A stretch of 39,241 nt of DNA from Pseudomonadota bacterium (GTDB taxonomy: Bacteria; Bdellovibrionota; FAC87; UBA2466): the NCBI GenBank assembly GCA_043767805.1, contig JAYUGC010000029.1, positions 1 to 39,241 on the forward strand, read 5' to 3'. Numbering within the stretch: the stretch's first letter is position 1; every line of letters starts with the position of its first letter. Shown piece by piece: positions 28,239-35,356 of this stretch. Position numbers and translations under genes: made by a program. Under the pieces are notes generated by a model. The model saw only the letters and a list, made by a program, of their open reading frames with translations, was not told the DNA's origin and did not search any database.

Positions 28239-28502
28239 CTATCGTTTTTTTAGAAGGTCCCGTTCCATCGTAAGTCGCCTGACCTCCCTCTGAAGGCGGC
28301 GGAGCTCGTCGTCGGCCGGAGTCAACAACCCCTTGCCGGGGAATGCTCCGCTACCGTGCTTCTTGTAGTCCCGGATCCACTTGGTCAGCGCACTGTTGGA
28401 TACGCCGAGATCTCGAGCGACCCTCGAAGCCTTTTCCTTCTCATCAACCACCATACGGGCGGCACCCAGCTTGAATTCCTTGGTATAGACTTTCTTTTCC
28501 AT
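28239..28502 (-). CDS. IS3-family transposase OrfA
   Basis: YTKEFKLGAA, VARDLGVS HTH, ELRRLQREVRRLTMERDLLKK zipper, ends at an A7 run. Confidence 0.9.
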   Translation of the reverse strand: MEKKVYTKEFKLGAARMVVDEKEKASRVARDLGVSNSALTKWIRDYKKHGSGAFPGKGLLTPADDELRRLQREVRRLTMERDLLKKR

Positions 28503-28585
28503 CGGTCCTGGTCCTCCTGAAGCGGGGCGGGTTTATATCACAAAACCCGACCCTTTCGGACCGTCCGATTTTCGGAGGAGGATCA

Positions 28586-29082
28586 GTCCAACCATCCCTC
28601 ATGAAAAGGGCTCCGCCCGACTTGTGACACGTCACACAGGCGTCTTTGTTGACTAAGATTACCTCTTCGTTCGGCTTTGCATAGTTGCGAACGATACCAA
28701 AATCGTTTTTTCCAGTTCTTGCGTTTCTAGATATAAATTCGAAATCGACGCTGCCGTCTTCTCGGTGAATCGTCCCAATGAATAATTATCCCGCCTCCGA
28801 CCCATAAAGTTTGCGAACCTCATCCAGATTTGTCTCACCCGGCGCATCCGAGAAGGGAACGATATTCTCTTTAGTTGGTCCCCAGTTTTTCTCCATCGCT
28901 TTTCTAAACGATTCCATAGTGGCAGGGAGCTTTTTTCCCTCTAGCAGGAGGGATATCGCCGAATCGGATAGATTTGCGCTTGTATCTCTGGAAATGGGTG
29001 GTTGAGGATCAGCATGGGGTTGGGCCATTAACAGAGAGCAAAACCACAAAGATAATATTTGCATTCGCATTGCGATCTCCAT
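28586..29082 (-). pseudogene. Secreted CxxCH (c-type heme motif) protein, nonsense-disrupted and cut by the IS
   Basis: Reading through TAA at 28786-28788 continues in frame LFIGTIH...NKDACVTCHKSGGALFMRDGW up to the IS end. Confidence 0.7.
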
Positions 29083-29190
29083 GGCAAAACAAAAATTGCC
29101 AGTTCCTTCCGCTCAAGCTTTTGGCGTATTTTCTGTCGACCGAGCATCCCTGCCAGCCTTTTGGCCCCAAGACGGCCTTCGTGTAATCCG

Positions 29191-29559
29191 CTAAAGAAAA
29201 ACGCGGTAGTCGATATTAAAAATCTTGGCGAGTCGCTTGGCCAAGTTCTTTCCCACCGGCCGCTTGCCCGTTTCTACTTGAGAAATGTTGGACTGCGGAA
29301 TATGCAATTTCTCTGCAAGTTGTGCCTGGGTTAGATTTGCACCTTCACGCGCATTCTTCACCATGTAAGCAGACTCTCCCCCCGCAGCTTCGATCCGGTT
29401 CTTTGCAAGTTCGCGCCAGGAAACGGTTTCATCCCGATATTCCTTGAGCGCACCTACGATGGGTTTCAGCTTCGACGAGGGAATATCTCGGAAAAGTAAA
29501 ATTTTACCCTCAACCTTGATCTGAACTTCAGTAAGGGACTTTTTCATGGGTGCCGACAT
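29191..29559 (-). CDS. XRE-family HTH antitoxin (HigA-like)
   Basis: REGANLTQAQLAEKLHIPQSNISQVETGKR; overlaps the upstream toxin. Confidence 0.85.
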   Translation of the reverse strand: MSAPMKKSLTEVQIKVEGKILLFRDIPSSKLKPIVGALKEYRDETVSWRELAKNRIEAAGGESAYMVKNAREGANLTQAQLAEKLHIPQSNISQVETGKRPVGKNLAKRLAKIFNIDYRVFL

Positions 29560-29812
29560 AATAGACCTCGATAATTTTTATTTCCTTGCTGATCACTTCC
29601 CAACACACCACATAAGTGGGACGCCCCTTCTTTATATGGCAGTGGTACCTTTGGCCGCCTTGGCCCTTTAGGGGGCTAAAATTCGGCCAATTTGGGCGAA
29701 GAGGGCCTGAAACTTCCATTTCCTTGGCTAGGAGGTCAAACCTCTGTTGAATTGACTTGGGTAGACCATCAAGCTGCTTTCCAGCCCTCTTTGTGAGATC
29801 CACTCTCCACAT
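29528..29812 (-). CDS. RelE/HigB-like toxin
   Basis: 94 aa; WRVDLTKRAGKQLDGLP...YHCHIKKGRPTYV...IEVYYVGTHE; toxin-first order. Confidence 0.8.
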   Translation of the reverse strand: MWRVDLTKRAGKQLDGLPKSIQQRFDLLAKEMEVSGPLRPNWPNFSPLKGQGGQRYHCHIKKGRPTYVVCWEVISKEIKIIEVYYVGTHEKVPY

Positions 29813-29847
29813 TTATGAATGATATACTAATTATTGGTATATATCAA
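29813..29847 (-). promoter_or_regulatory. Leaderless sigma70-type promoter with palindromic operator
   Basis: Minus strand TTGATA-N17-TATCAT-N6-ATG; imperfect palindrome GATATAC...GTATATATC. Confidence 0.65.
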
Positions 29848-30059
29848 TGGGTGGTATGTTTACTAAGCTTAAGAATGCGTAATTCTTTCTTAATCTTAGT
29901 AGAACTGAATCCGAAATGAGCCTGCAGCCGCTTTAACGGCCAATTCTCGCCAAACCGGAGTCGCGCCAGCTCGTCCGTGACTAGCCTTGCCTTACCCCAC
30001 TGGGCCTCGTACTCTCGTGCTTGGGTCCGTGGTTCGACTACTGTTGCGTCACCCGCTCC
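29844..30059 (-). pseudogene. Orphan 71-codon frame starting at the att core, with HTH-like end
   Basis: GAGDATVVEP...QWGKARLVTDELARLRFGENWPLKRLQAHFGFSSTKIKKEL; homologous decayed frames at the 31456 and 32817 repeats. Confidence 0.5.
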
Positions 30060-30060
30060 A
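29987..30060 (+). repeat. att-like repeat 1 ending in the tRNA-Gly 3' end
   Basis: Ends CGTCACCCGCTCCA; ungapped 56/74 identity to 32744-32817 by hand count. Confidence 0.8.
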
Positions 30061-30176
30061 GATTTCCTACGGAAACTTGCGAGCTTTCTAATCTCAAATC
30101 TCTCCGCGGCCGCGAAGCGGAACCTGTGGATAAAGTTCAAAAAGGAACTAGGCACCCAATCTTGGTTGAGGCGCCC

Positions 30177-30965
30177 CTACCGTTTCGGTTTAGCGGTGCA
30201 AAGGGCCTCATTCGTTTTCAAGGCGACAGCGGCCTTCGCGTTGCTCTTCACGTAGTCGGTCATATTCCGCGCGGCCTCCAAGTGTCCTAAGCAGACGTCG
30301 GGCGGCATCGAGGTGTGGTACGCGCTAACCGCCATGTCATTCAGTCGCCAAAAACGTTTTTCAGGCAGCGTATCGCAAGCCTGGTGAAGATAGCGGGCGG
30401 TCTTATAGGCAAGATCGTACTTCTTTGAACGGTAGGCTTTTTTGAAATTCCCCTCGATCTCCGCCGTCGTGGCCTCGTCGCAGGCCCTCCGGAATTTGTC
30501 GTCCTTCCAAAGATATTTCACGGGGACGCCCTCCTCGTAAAAACCCATGTATACCGTTCCGCACGCCTTGGTAAGAATGGGTTCGGCGAAATGGTCAGGA
30601 ATATCGCTCGGCTCATAATCGGAATAGAAGGGCACCTGTACGAACCCGTCTCCCTTCTCCTGGTATATTCCGTTCACGCCGGAGTAACCTCCGCTGCCGG
30701 AAGTCGACACCCAAAGGTACTCGGTCAGTCCGTCGTTGTTGACGTCGGCAATGTGCATTCCGTTTCCTGAGGAAATGTTCCAGGGCCAAAGAGGGGCCTG
30801 AGTCTCGACCTTCTCCCCCTTCGCTTTCAGAAATTCGACGAACTTTTCGAGCTGCGCCCCGGTTGGCTTTCCAACCTCGACCGGTTTTTCGCGGCAGGCC
30901 GCGCCCCGTACGGTCGCGTCCAGTATTAGCAGGCCGAGAACCAAAACACGCTGGAGTGAAGTCAT
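30177..30965 (-). CDS. Secreted hypothetical protein with FG-GAP/VCBS-like Ca-binding loop and helical C-terminus
   Basis: Signal peptide from MTSLQRVL; IADVNNDGLTEY; several Cys. Confidence 0.7.
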   Translation of the reverse strand: MTSLQRVLVLGLLILDATVRGAACREKPVEVGKPTGAQLEKFVEFLKAKGEKVETQAPLWPWNISSGNGMHIADVNNDGLTEYLWVSTSGSGGYSGVNGIYQEKGDGFVQVPFYSDYEPSDIPDHFAEPILTKACGTVYMGFYEEGVPVKYLWKDDKFRRACDEATTAEIEGNFKKAYRSKKYDLAYKTARYLHQACDTLPEKRFWRLNDMAVSAYHTSMPPDVCLGHLEAARNMTDYVKSNAKAAVALKTNEALCTAKPKR

Positions 30966-31388
30966 CGCCAAAGTATACTCCGCCTGGGGTCTACCTTCCT
31001 CAGGAAGAAGCGTAGTCTCTCCCTCAAGGGGCGCGGTAATCGGGACTCTCGGGTTGATCTTAGCGGAACCGACGGCGGCGAAGGCCTCGCTATCTTTCGA
31101 GCCCATTCGAAAGATAATAGAGGCGTTGAAAGACGCGGAAAGAACCATTCTCGGTAAGGTCAGTGAGCTTCCCGTTTATGCGCTCACCACGTCGGCGGGA
31201 CCCGTATAGAAAGGTCCGCGGCCCTTACGCCGCGTCAGATGGTGTTTTTGGGCACTTATTGCCCGTAACCAATTTATCGCTATTAGACGCCTACCAGGAA
31301 ATACTGCTTAATCGCTCCTTTCCATTCGATAGGGGATCTCAGCGCGTAGACTCAGACAAGTTTTGCCAGTTCATCCCTGTCCTACCCC

Positions 31389-31456
31389 TACCCCATTGAG
31401 CCGGGCACTCGCGCACCACGACCATTGGTTCGCCCACTATGGCGTCGCCCGCTCCA
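31389..31456 (+). repeat. att-like repeat 2 ending in the tRNA-Gly 3' end
   Basis: 68 bp, 66/68 identical to 32750-32817; ends CGTCGCCCGCTCCA. Confidence 0.9.
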
Positions 31457-31516
31457 ATATTTTCTCCTAAGGATCAGATGGGTTGGGAGACGTGGTGATG
31501 ACAAGGTGCGAACCCC

Positions 31517-31939
31517 CTACTTTGAGTCGCAGCAGTTCTTTTGAATGATGACCTCTGAGACTTTTTCAGTCTTCCCATTCAATAGAAAAACGACCTGCCA
31601 TGTATCCATATTTGTCCGCCACCCTTCATTGAGAAGATAGGCTGGAATAGCATCGCTGAAGAAATGACCATCCGCCCGACCCAACGCGCTAAATACCTCG
31701 GCTGGCGCCTTGCCAACGAAGTATTTTTTCTTGATCAAATCTACCGCCATCTTTGAGCGGTCTTCAGGTGTTCCTGCCTTGAAACGTTCACCATCGAATG
31801 GGGCTTTTCCCCAACGCTTTTCCGCGTTCGTTAGGGACATCGTTTCTCCAATTTGAAACGCCCGAACTAACGGAACGACGAACGTAGATCCTAGAATCAG
31901 GAAAGCGATTAGAATGAATGCCTTAGAATATTTCTTCAT
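31517..31939 (-). CDS. Secreted small protein (SmpA/BamE-like motif), candidate partner/immunity protein
   Basis: Signal peptide; RSKMAVDLIKKKYFVGKAPAEVFSALG; ATGA-coupled to the upstream gene. Confidence 0.7.
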   Translation of the reverse strand: MKKYSKAFILIAFLILGSTFVVPLVRAFQIGETMSLTNAEKRWGKAPFDGERFKAGTPEDRSKMAVDLIKKKYFVGKAPAEVFSALGRADGHFFSDAIPAYLLNEGWRTNMDTWQVVFLLNGKTEKVSEVIIQKNCCDSK

Positions 31940-32583
31940 GGAACACCTCCCCGCGGCTTGAGCACTACCAATTTATTCTGCTTTAGTGCTTCGACCGCTT
32001 TCTGTTCGATAACCTCAGGAGTTACCTTTCCAATCTTCTTAAGTCTCTGGGCCTCCAGAAGGCCCGCACGATTGTTTGCAAGGTCCATCGCTCTTTCATC
32101 GACAAAACTGGTCGGCTCAGCTTCGTGAGCATCGAGAAATTTCTGGGCCAACTCAGGATCAAGTTCCTTGACCAGCAACCCCGCCCAAACAAAGTGCCTG
32201 AAAGCGTCGCTTTCCTCGTTCTGAGTGGACCGTTTAAAGTTTTTTAGGGTAAGCGCTTCTGCGACGCTCATCTGTTGAAAGACGACCATCGCCTCCTTTG
32301 GATACTCTGCGATAAGGGCTTTCTCAACCTTGTTGAGTCCGGGGTAATAAGCGAAGTCCATGATGAGCTCTTTTGTCAGAGCGGTATGGCAGAACTTGGT
32401 GCATGCTCGGGGACACATAAATGTATCCATCCCGGTCGATAGCGCGACGCACTTGCTGAGGCAATTCTTGTCCTTGGGCTCAATCGTCGATTTCTTGAAC
32501 CAGGTGGCACAGCTGTCTGCTTGTGGATATCCCGCCAGCGAAAGCAGGATGAATGAAAGAAATGAAATCTTCAGGCCGATCAT
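31936..32583 (-). CDS. Secreted Cys-rich protein with DUF6973-like domain
   Basis: Signal peptide, six N-terminal Cys, DAFRHFVW...AHE...MDLANNRAG motif. Confidence 0.75.
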   Translation of the reverse strand: MIGLKISFLSFILLSLAGYPQADSCATWFKKSTIEPKDKNCLSKCVALSTGMDTFMCPRACTKFCHTALTKELIMDFAYYPGLNKVEKALIAEYPKEAMVVFQQMSVAEALTLKNFKRSTQNEESDAFRHFVWAGLLVKELDPELAQKFLDAHEAEPTSFVDERAMDLANNRAGLLEAQRLKKIGKVTPEVIEQKAVEALKQNKLVVLKPRGGVP

Positions 32584-32749
32584 GCCCGATCAGCGTACCA
32601 AGTCGAAGTATGAAGGTCCAATCATTGAAGGGAGCGTAGAGCCTGCGTCAAATAGCAGATTATTGGAATTATTATCCAATTCCCTGCCGCGCCTACTCGG
32701 CCTCTTCGCGAGACGAAGTTTGCCAGCTCGCCTCAGTCACCCTTTGCCT

Positions 32750-32817
32750 TACCCCACTGAGCCGGGCACTCGCGCACCACGACCATTGGTTCGCCCACTA
32801 TGGCGTCACCCGCTCCA
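32750..32817 (+). repeat. att-like repeat 3 ending in the tRNA-Gly 3' end
   Basis: Near-identical to 31389-31456; ends CGTCACCCGCTCCA followed by TTT as at the tRNA. Confidence 0.9.
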
Positions 32818-33058
32818 TTTAAGAATTTAACAATCTTTCGGCTCTACTCCACCAACGGGGGAACGGTCCCTGGCTGGTTAATTTCGGATTCCGAATATCC
32901 CATGCCACCCGCAGTGAGCAAGTACCCGTAATCGATAGTTTTGCTGGCGAGGCTCGAAGAGAAAGTCCGCCTGCGGGAGCTGTGAAATTCGACCTCTGTA
33001 GACCGGAGGTGCGGGCTTCCCCCGGCGGTCAGCAGCGGCCCCAAGGGTCGCGTAAGAC

Positions 33059-33077
33059 AACCTAGTCGCCCGCTCCA
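33059..33077 (+). repeat. att-like repeat 4 (tRNA-Gly 3' end core only)
   Basis: AACCTAGTCGCCCGCTCCA versus tRNA AACCCCGTCTCCCGCTCCA (16/19). Confidence 0.7.
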
Positions 33078-33139
33078 ACCATTTAGTTTAACTCAATAAA
33101 CCTGATTCATCGCGCTGTTCAAGCCGGGAGTTTTCTGTC

Positions 33140-33174
33140 TTGGAAAGATATATCAAAAATGATATAATCGATTG
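33140..33174 (+). promoter_or_regulatory. Leaderless sigma70-type promoter with palindromic operator
   Basis: TTGGAA-N17-TATAAT-N6-GTG; palindrome TATATCA-AAAA-TGATATA. Confidence 0.65.
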
Positions 33175-33432
33175 GTGTGGAGGGTAATCCCAACGAAGAA
33201 GGCTGCGAAGGAGTTCGAGAAAGTTCCGTCTAAAGTTGGGTTGCTCTATCGGGAACTTGTCGATGATTTGGAACGCGAAGGTCCCTATCCGTTTGGTTGG
33301 GATTGTGAACCTCTTAAGGGAAGTGACGAAATTAGAATTAAGCTAACCCGTGAGTGGAGAGTTCTCATACAGGTCATAAAACCGACGATTATCGTGGTTA
33401 AAGTAGCCCACAGAAGGGAAGCATACCGATGA
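33175..33432 (+). CDS. RelE/HigB-like toxin
   Basis: WRVIPTKKAAKEFEKVP...EPLKG...RIKLTREWRV...VKVAHRREAYR. Confidence 0.85.
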   Translation: MWRVIPTKKAAKEFEKVPSKVGLLYRELVDDLEREGPYPFGWDCEPLKGSDEIRIKLTREWRVLIQVIKPTIIVVKVAHRREAYR

Positions 33433-33803
33433 CTGCCATCACTGTTCTTAAAAACGTTAAAAAGAGATTTCCGGCTCTTAGAGATTTGCCCAAAGGAAAG
33501 TTGCGCCTTGTGGAAGAAGCTCTCGTTTATGCTGCGGGGCTTGGCACCGATGAAGAACTGATCTCTGACGGAGAAAATAAAGCTCTTCTCAAGAAACATG
33601 AATTGCCTGGTGGGATCACTCCGGCAAACAGCCTCAAAGCGTATAGGATTAGAGAGGACCTTACCCAGCAGGAACTGGCGAAAAAGAGCGGCATCCCTCA
33701 GTCCAATATTTCCGCCATGGAAAAGGGAAGTAGGCCAATTGGTCTTAAGACTGCCAGAAAATTAGCCGCCATTCTTCGTTGCCACTACAAAAAGCTCATT
33801 TAG
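33429..33803 (+). CDS. XRE-family HTH antitoxin (HigA-like)
   Basis: RIREDLTQQELAKKSGIPQSNISAMEKGSRPIG; ATGA overlap with the toxin. Confidence 0.87.
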   Translation: MTAITVLKNVKKRFPALRDLPKGKLRLVEEALVYAAGLGTDEELISDGENKALLKKHELPGGITPANSLKAYRIREDLTQQELAKKSGIPQSNISAMEKGSRPIGLKTARKLAAILRCHYKKLI

Positions 33804-33806
33804 TAG

Positions 33807-34112
33807 TTACAGTTGCAGCTTGAGAACAGGAGTCGAATAGATTTCCATCATTCCTGTAAGCCAGAGTCTTTCGTCGCGATACTCCAACTTGGTAGAGTAA
33901 CTCTCGGCTTGAAAAGCCTCACGCAGATCACACAATTTCCAAGCCAAAGTCAGCAAGCCCTCTGCCAAAGTCTTTTCATTCCATCTTAAGGAAAGCGCTG
34001 AAGGAGTTAAGGAAAGAGGCTCTTTAGCTTGAGTAAATCTTTGTGGAAGATCTACCTCGACCGTTGCTTGTCCAGGCGCCTCGGGGATAGGTTCAAGCCC
34101 TGCGACTATCTA
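33807..34112 (-). pseudogene. Gene remnant: about 100 open codons after an in-frame TAG
   Basis: Frame ...SLTDREFL*IVAGLEPIPEAPG...YSTPVLKLQL* lacks a start of its own; no family recognised. Confidence 0.35.
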
Positions 34113-34373
34113 CAAAAACTCGCGGTCGGTAAGACTAAGTTCTACGACTGACCCACCAAAAGATAGCGGCCTACGTTCGTGCAGTGCCGTTTGGGGCGGC
34201 CTGTATGATAACAATTTAAATCGCCTCACAAATAGTTTGTATTTTTTATGCATTAAATTACAATATGTTGTATAATACATTGATAACAATTCTTCACGAT
34301 TGAAGCCCCCACTTCGTTCCCTCATTCGGTTATTCTGAGACTGTGGCAATGAGAAGTTTTAGGGAGGTCTCTT

Positions 34374-35297
34374 ATGAAGAACAGACTCGGTTTCGGCGTC
34401 GGTGTTGTCTTGTTCGCTCTCGCAGCCTGCGGAAAAATCTCCAATGCTCTGGCTCCCGGTATGACCGCCCTGAGCTTTCAGGGAACTACCCCGGGTAGTC
34501 TTGGCATTGTCCGGTCGATGGCGTCGGGCGCCCACAGCGTGACCTCATCCATTACTGTCAGTGTGAAGAACCTGGACGGCACCACTGCCGGTACGCTGAC
34601 TTTGACGGACGCTCGCATCGCGCTGAAGGAAATCAAAGTTAAGTTACCGGATTCCGGATCGCTCTCGGAAGCCGAAGCGACCGAAAATGAAAATATCAAG
34701 TTCCGTGGGCCCTATGTCATCAACCTGATCCAAAATAGTGTGTCTCCGGCTCTTCCTGCGATTTCTCTAGCGGCCGGCAGTTACCGATCCCTGGATCTGA
34801 AGTTGGACAAGCTCGAAGGCGATGAAGTGAACGAGAGTGGATCGCCCCTTGTGGCGGCGACCGATCCAATGTTCGGCAGGAGCATCTACCTGTCGGGTAC
34901 CTACTCTGGTGATACGGCCTCGGGAACGGTCACCGATATGCCGTTTACGCTGAGCTTCGAGTTGGACGAGCACTTTGTGGTGGATGCGGGCGGGCAGGAT
35001 TTGGCGATTTCCGCCACCGAGCCTAATCCGGTGATTGTCGCGTTCCGCCTAGTCCGCTGGTTGAAGCTTGACGATCTCACGGCAAACGACAAAGGGGTCG
35101 ATTTTAGGAATGTGACTCCTGCGAGCGGCGCGATCAGCCTTAGCGACCAGTCGAACGGAAATAATCAGAAAGTTTGGGAAGTGATTCGAAAGGCCGTCAA
35201 GCAATCGGCGGACTTTGGCCGGGACTCCGATGAGGACGGTCGGTTGGAGTCAAACGAGGACGATGATACCGACAGTTTAGATGTCTCGGACAACTGA
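34374..35297 (+). CDS. Lipoprotein (DUF4382-like beta protein), paralog of 36208-37104
   Basis: GGAGG RBS, lipobox LAAC, FQGTTPGSLGI, acidic DxDxDG tail. Confidence 0.8.
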   Translation: MKNRLGFGVGVVLFALAACGKISNALAPGMTALSFQGTTPGSLGIVRSMASGAHSVTSSITVSVKNLDGTTAGTLTLTDARIALKEIKVKLPDSGSLSEAEATENENIKFRGPYVINLIQNSVSPALPAISLAAGSYRSLDLKLDKLEGDEVNESGSPLVAATDPMFGRSIYLSGTYSGDTASGTVTDMPFTLSFELDEHFVVDAGGQDLAISATEPNPVIVAFRLVRWLKLDDLTANDKGVDFRNVTPASGAISLSDQSNGNNQKVWEVIRKAVKQSADFGRDSDEDGRLESNEDDDTDSLDVSDN

Positions 35298-35356
35298 GAA
35301 CTTGAGCCGCCCGTCGGTCCTCCCCCAGGGACCGGCGGGCTCAAGTGGGAGAAGAT

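Larger units (their letters stand above)
27808..28585 (-). mobile_element. IS3-family insertion sequence, left part only
   Basis: Left end TGATCCTCCTCCGAAAATCGGAC at 28585; orfA HTH; orfB interrupted at the first DDE Asp motif. Confidence 0.9.
24636..33077. mobile_element. tRNA-Gly-anchored composite island made of tandem att-bounded modules
   Basis: Starts at the tRNA 3' end; four further tRNA 3'-end copies; TA systems, IS/intron remnants, lower GC by eye; accessory-type genes continue past 33077. Confidence 0.75.

Noticed and set aside
30060..30155. N-terminal part of the 103-aa ORF 29844-30155 as a genuine gene start
   Set aside because: It crosses the att core into the neighbouring module, so it is probably a chance fusion; only the part from 30059 down is conserved in other copies.
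31500..31520. GGTGCGAACCCC resembling the tRNA T-arm
   Set aside because: Short, mismatched and not followed by the acceptor sequence; likely chance.
29987..33077. Repeats as a CRISPR array or integron attC sites
   Set aside because: Spacing is 0.26-1.4 kb, there are no cas or intI genes, and no attC-type RYYYAAC/GTTRRRY dyad was seen; the repeats end in the tRNA 3' sequence.
34081..34112. GGTTCAAGCCC as a further tRNA fragment
   Set aside because: No acceptor-stem match or CCA, and it lies within a minus-strand remnant frame.
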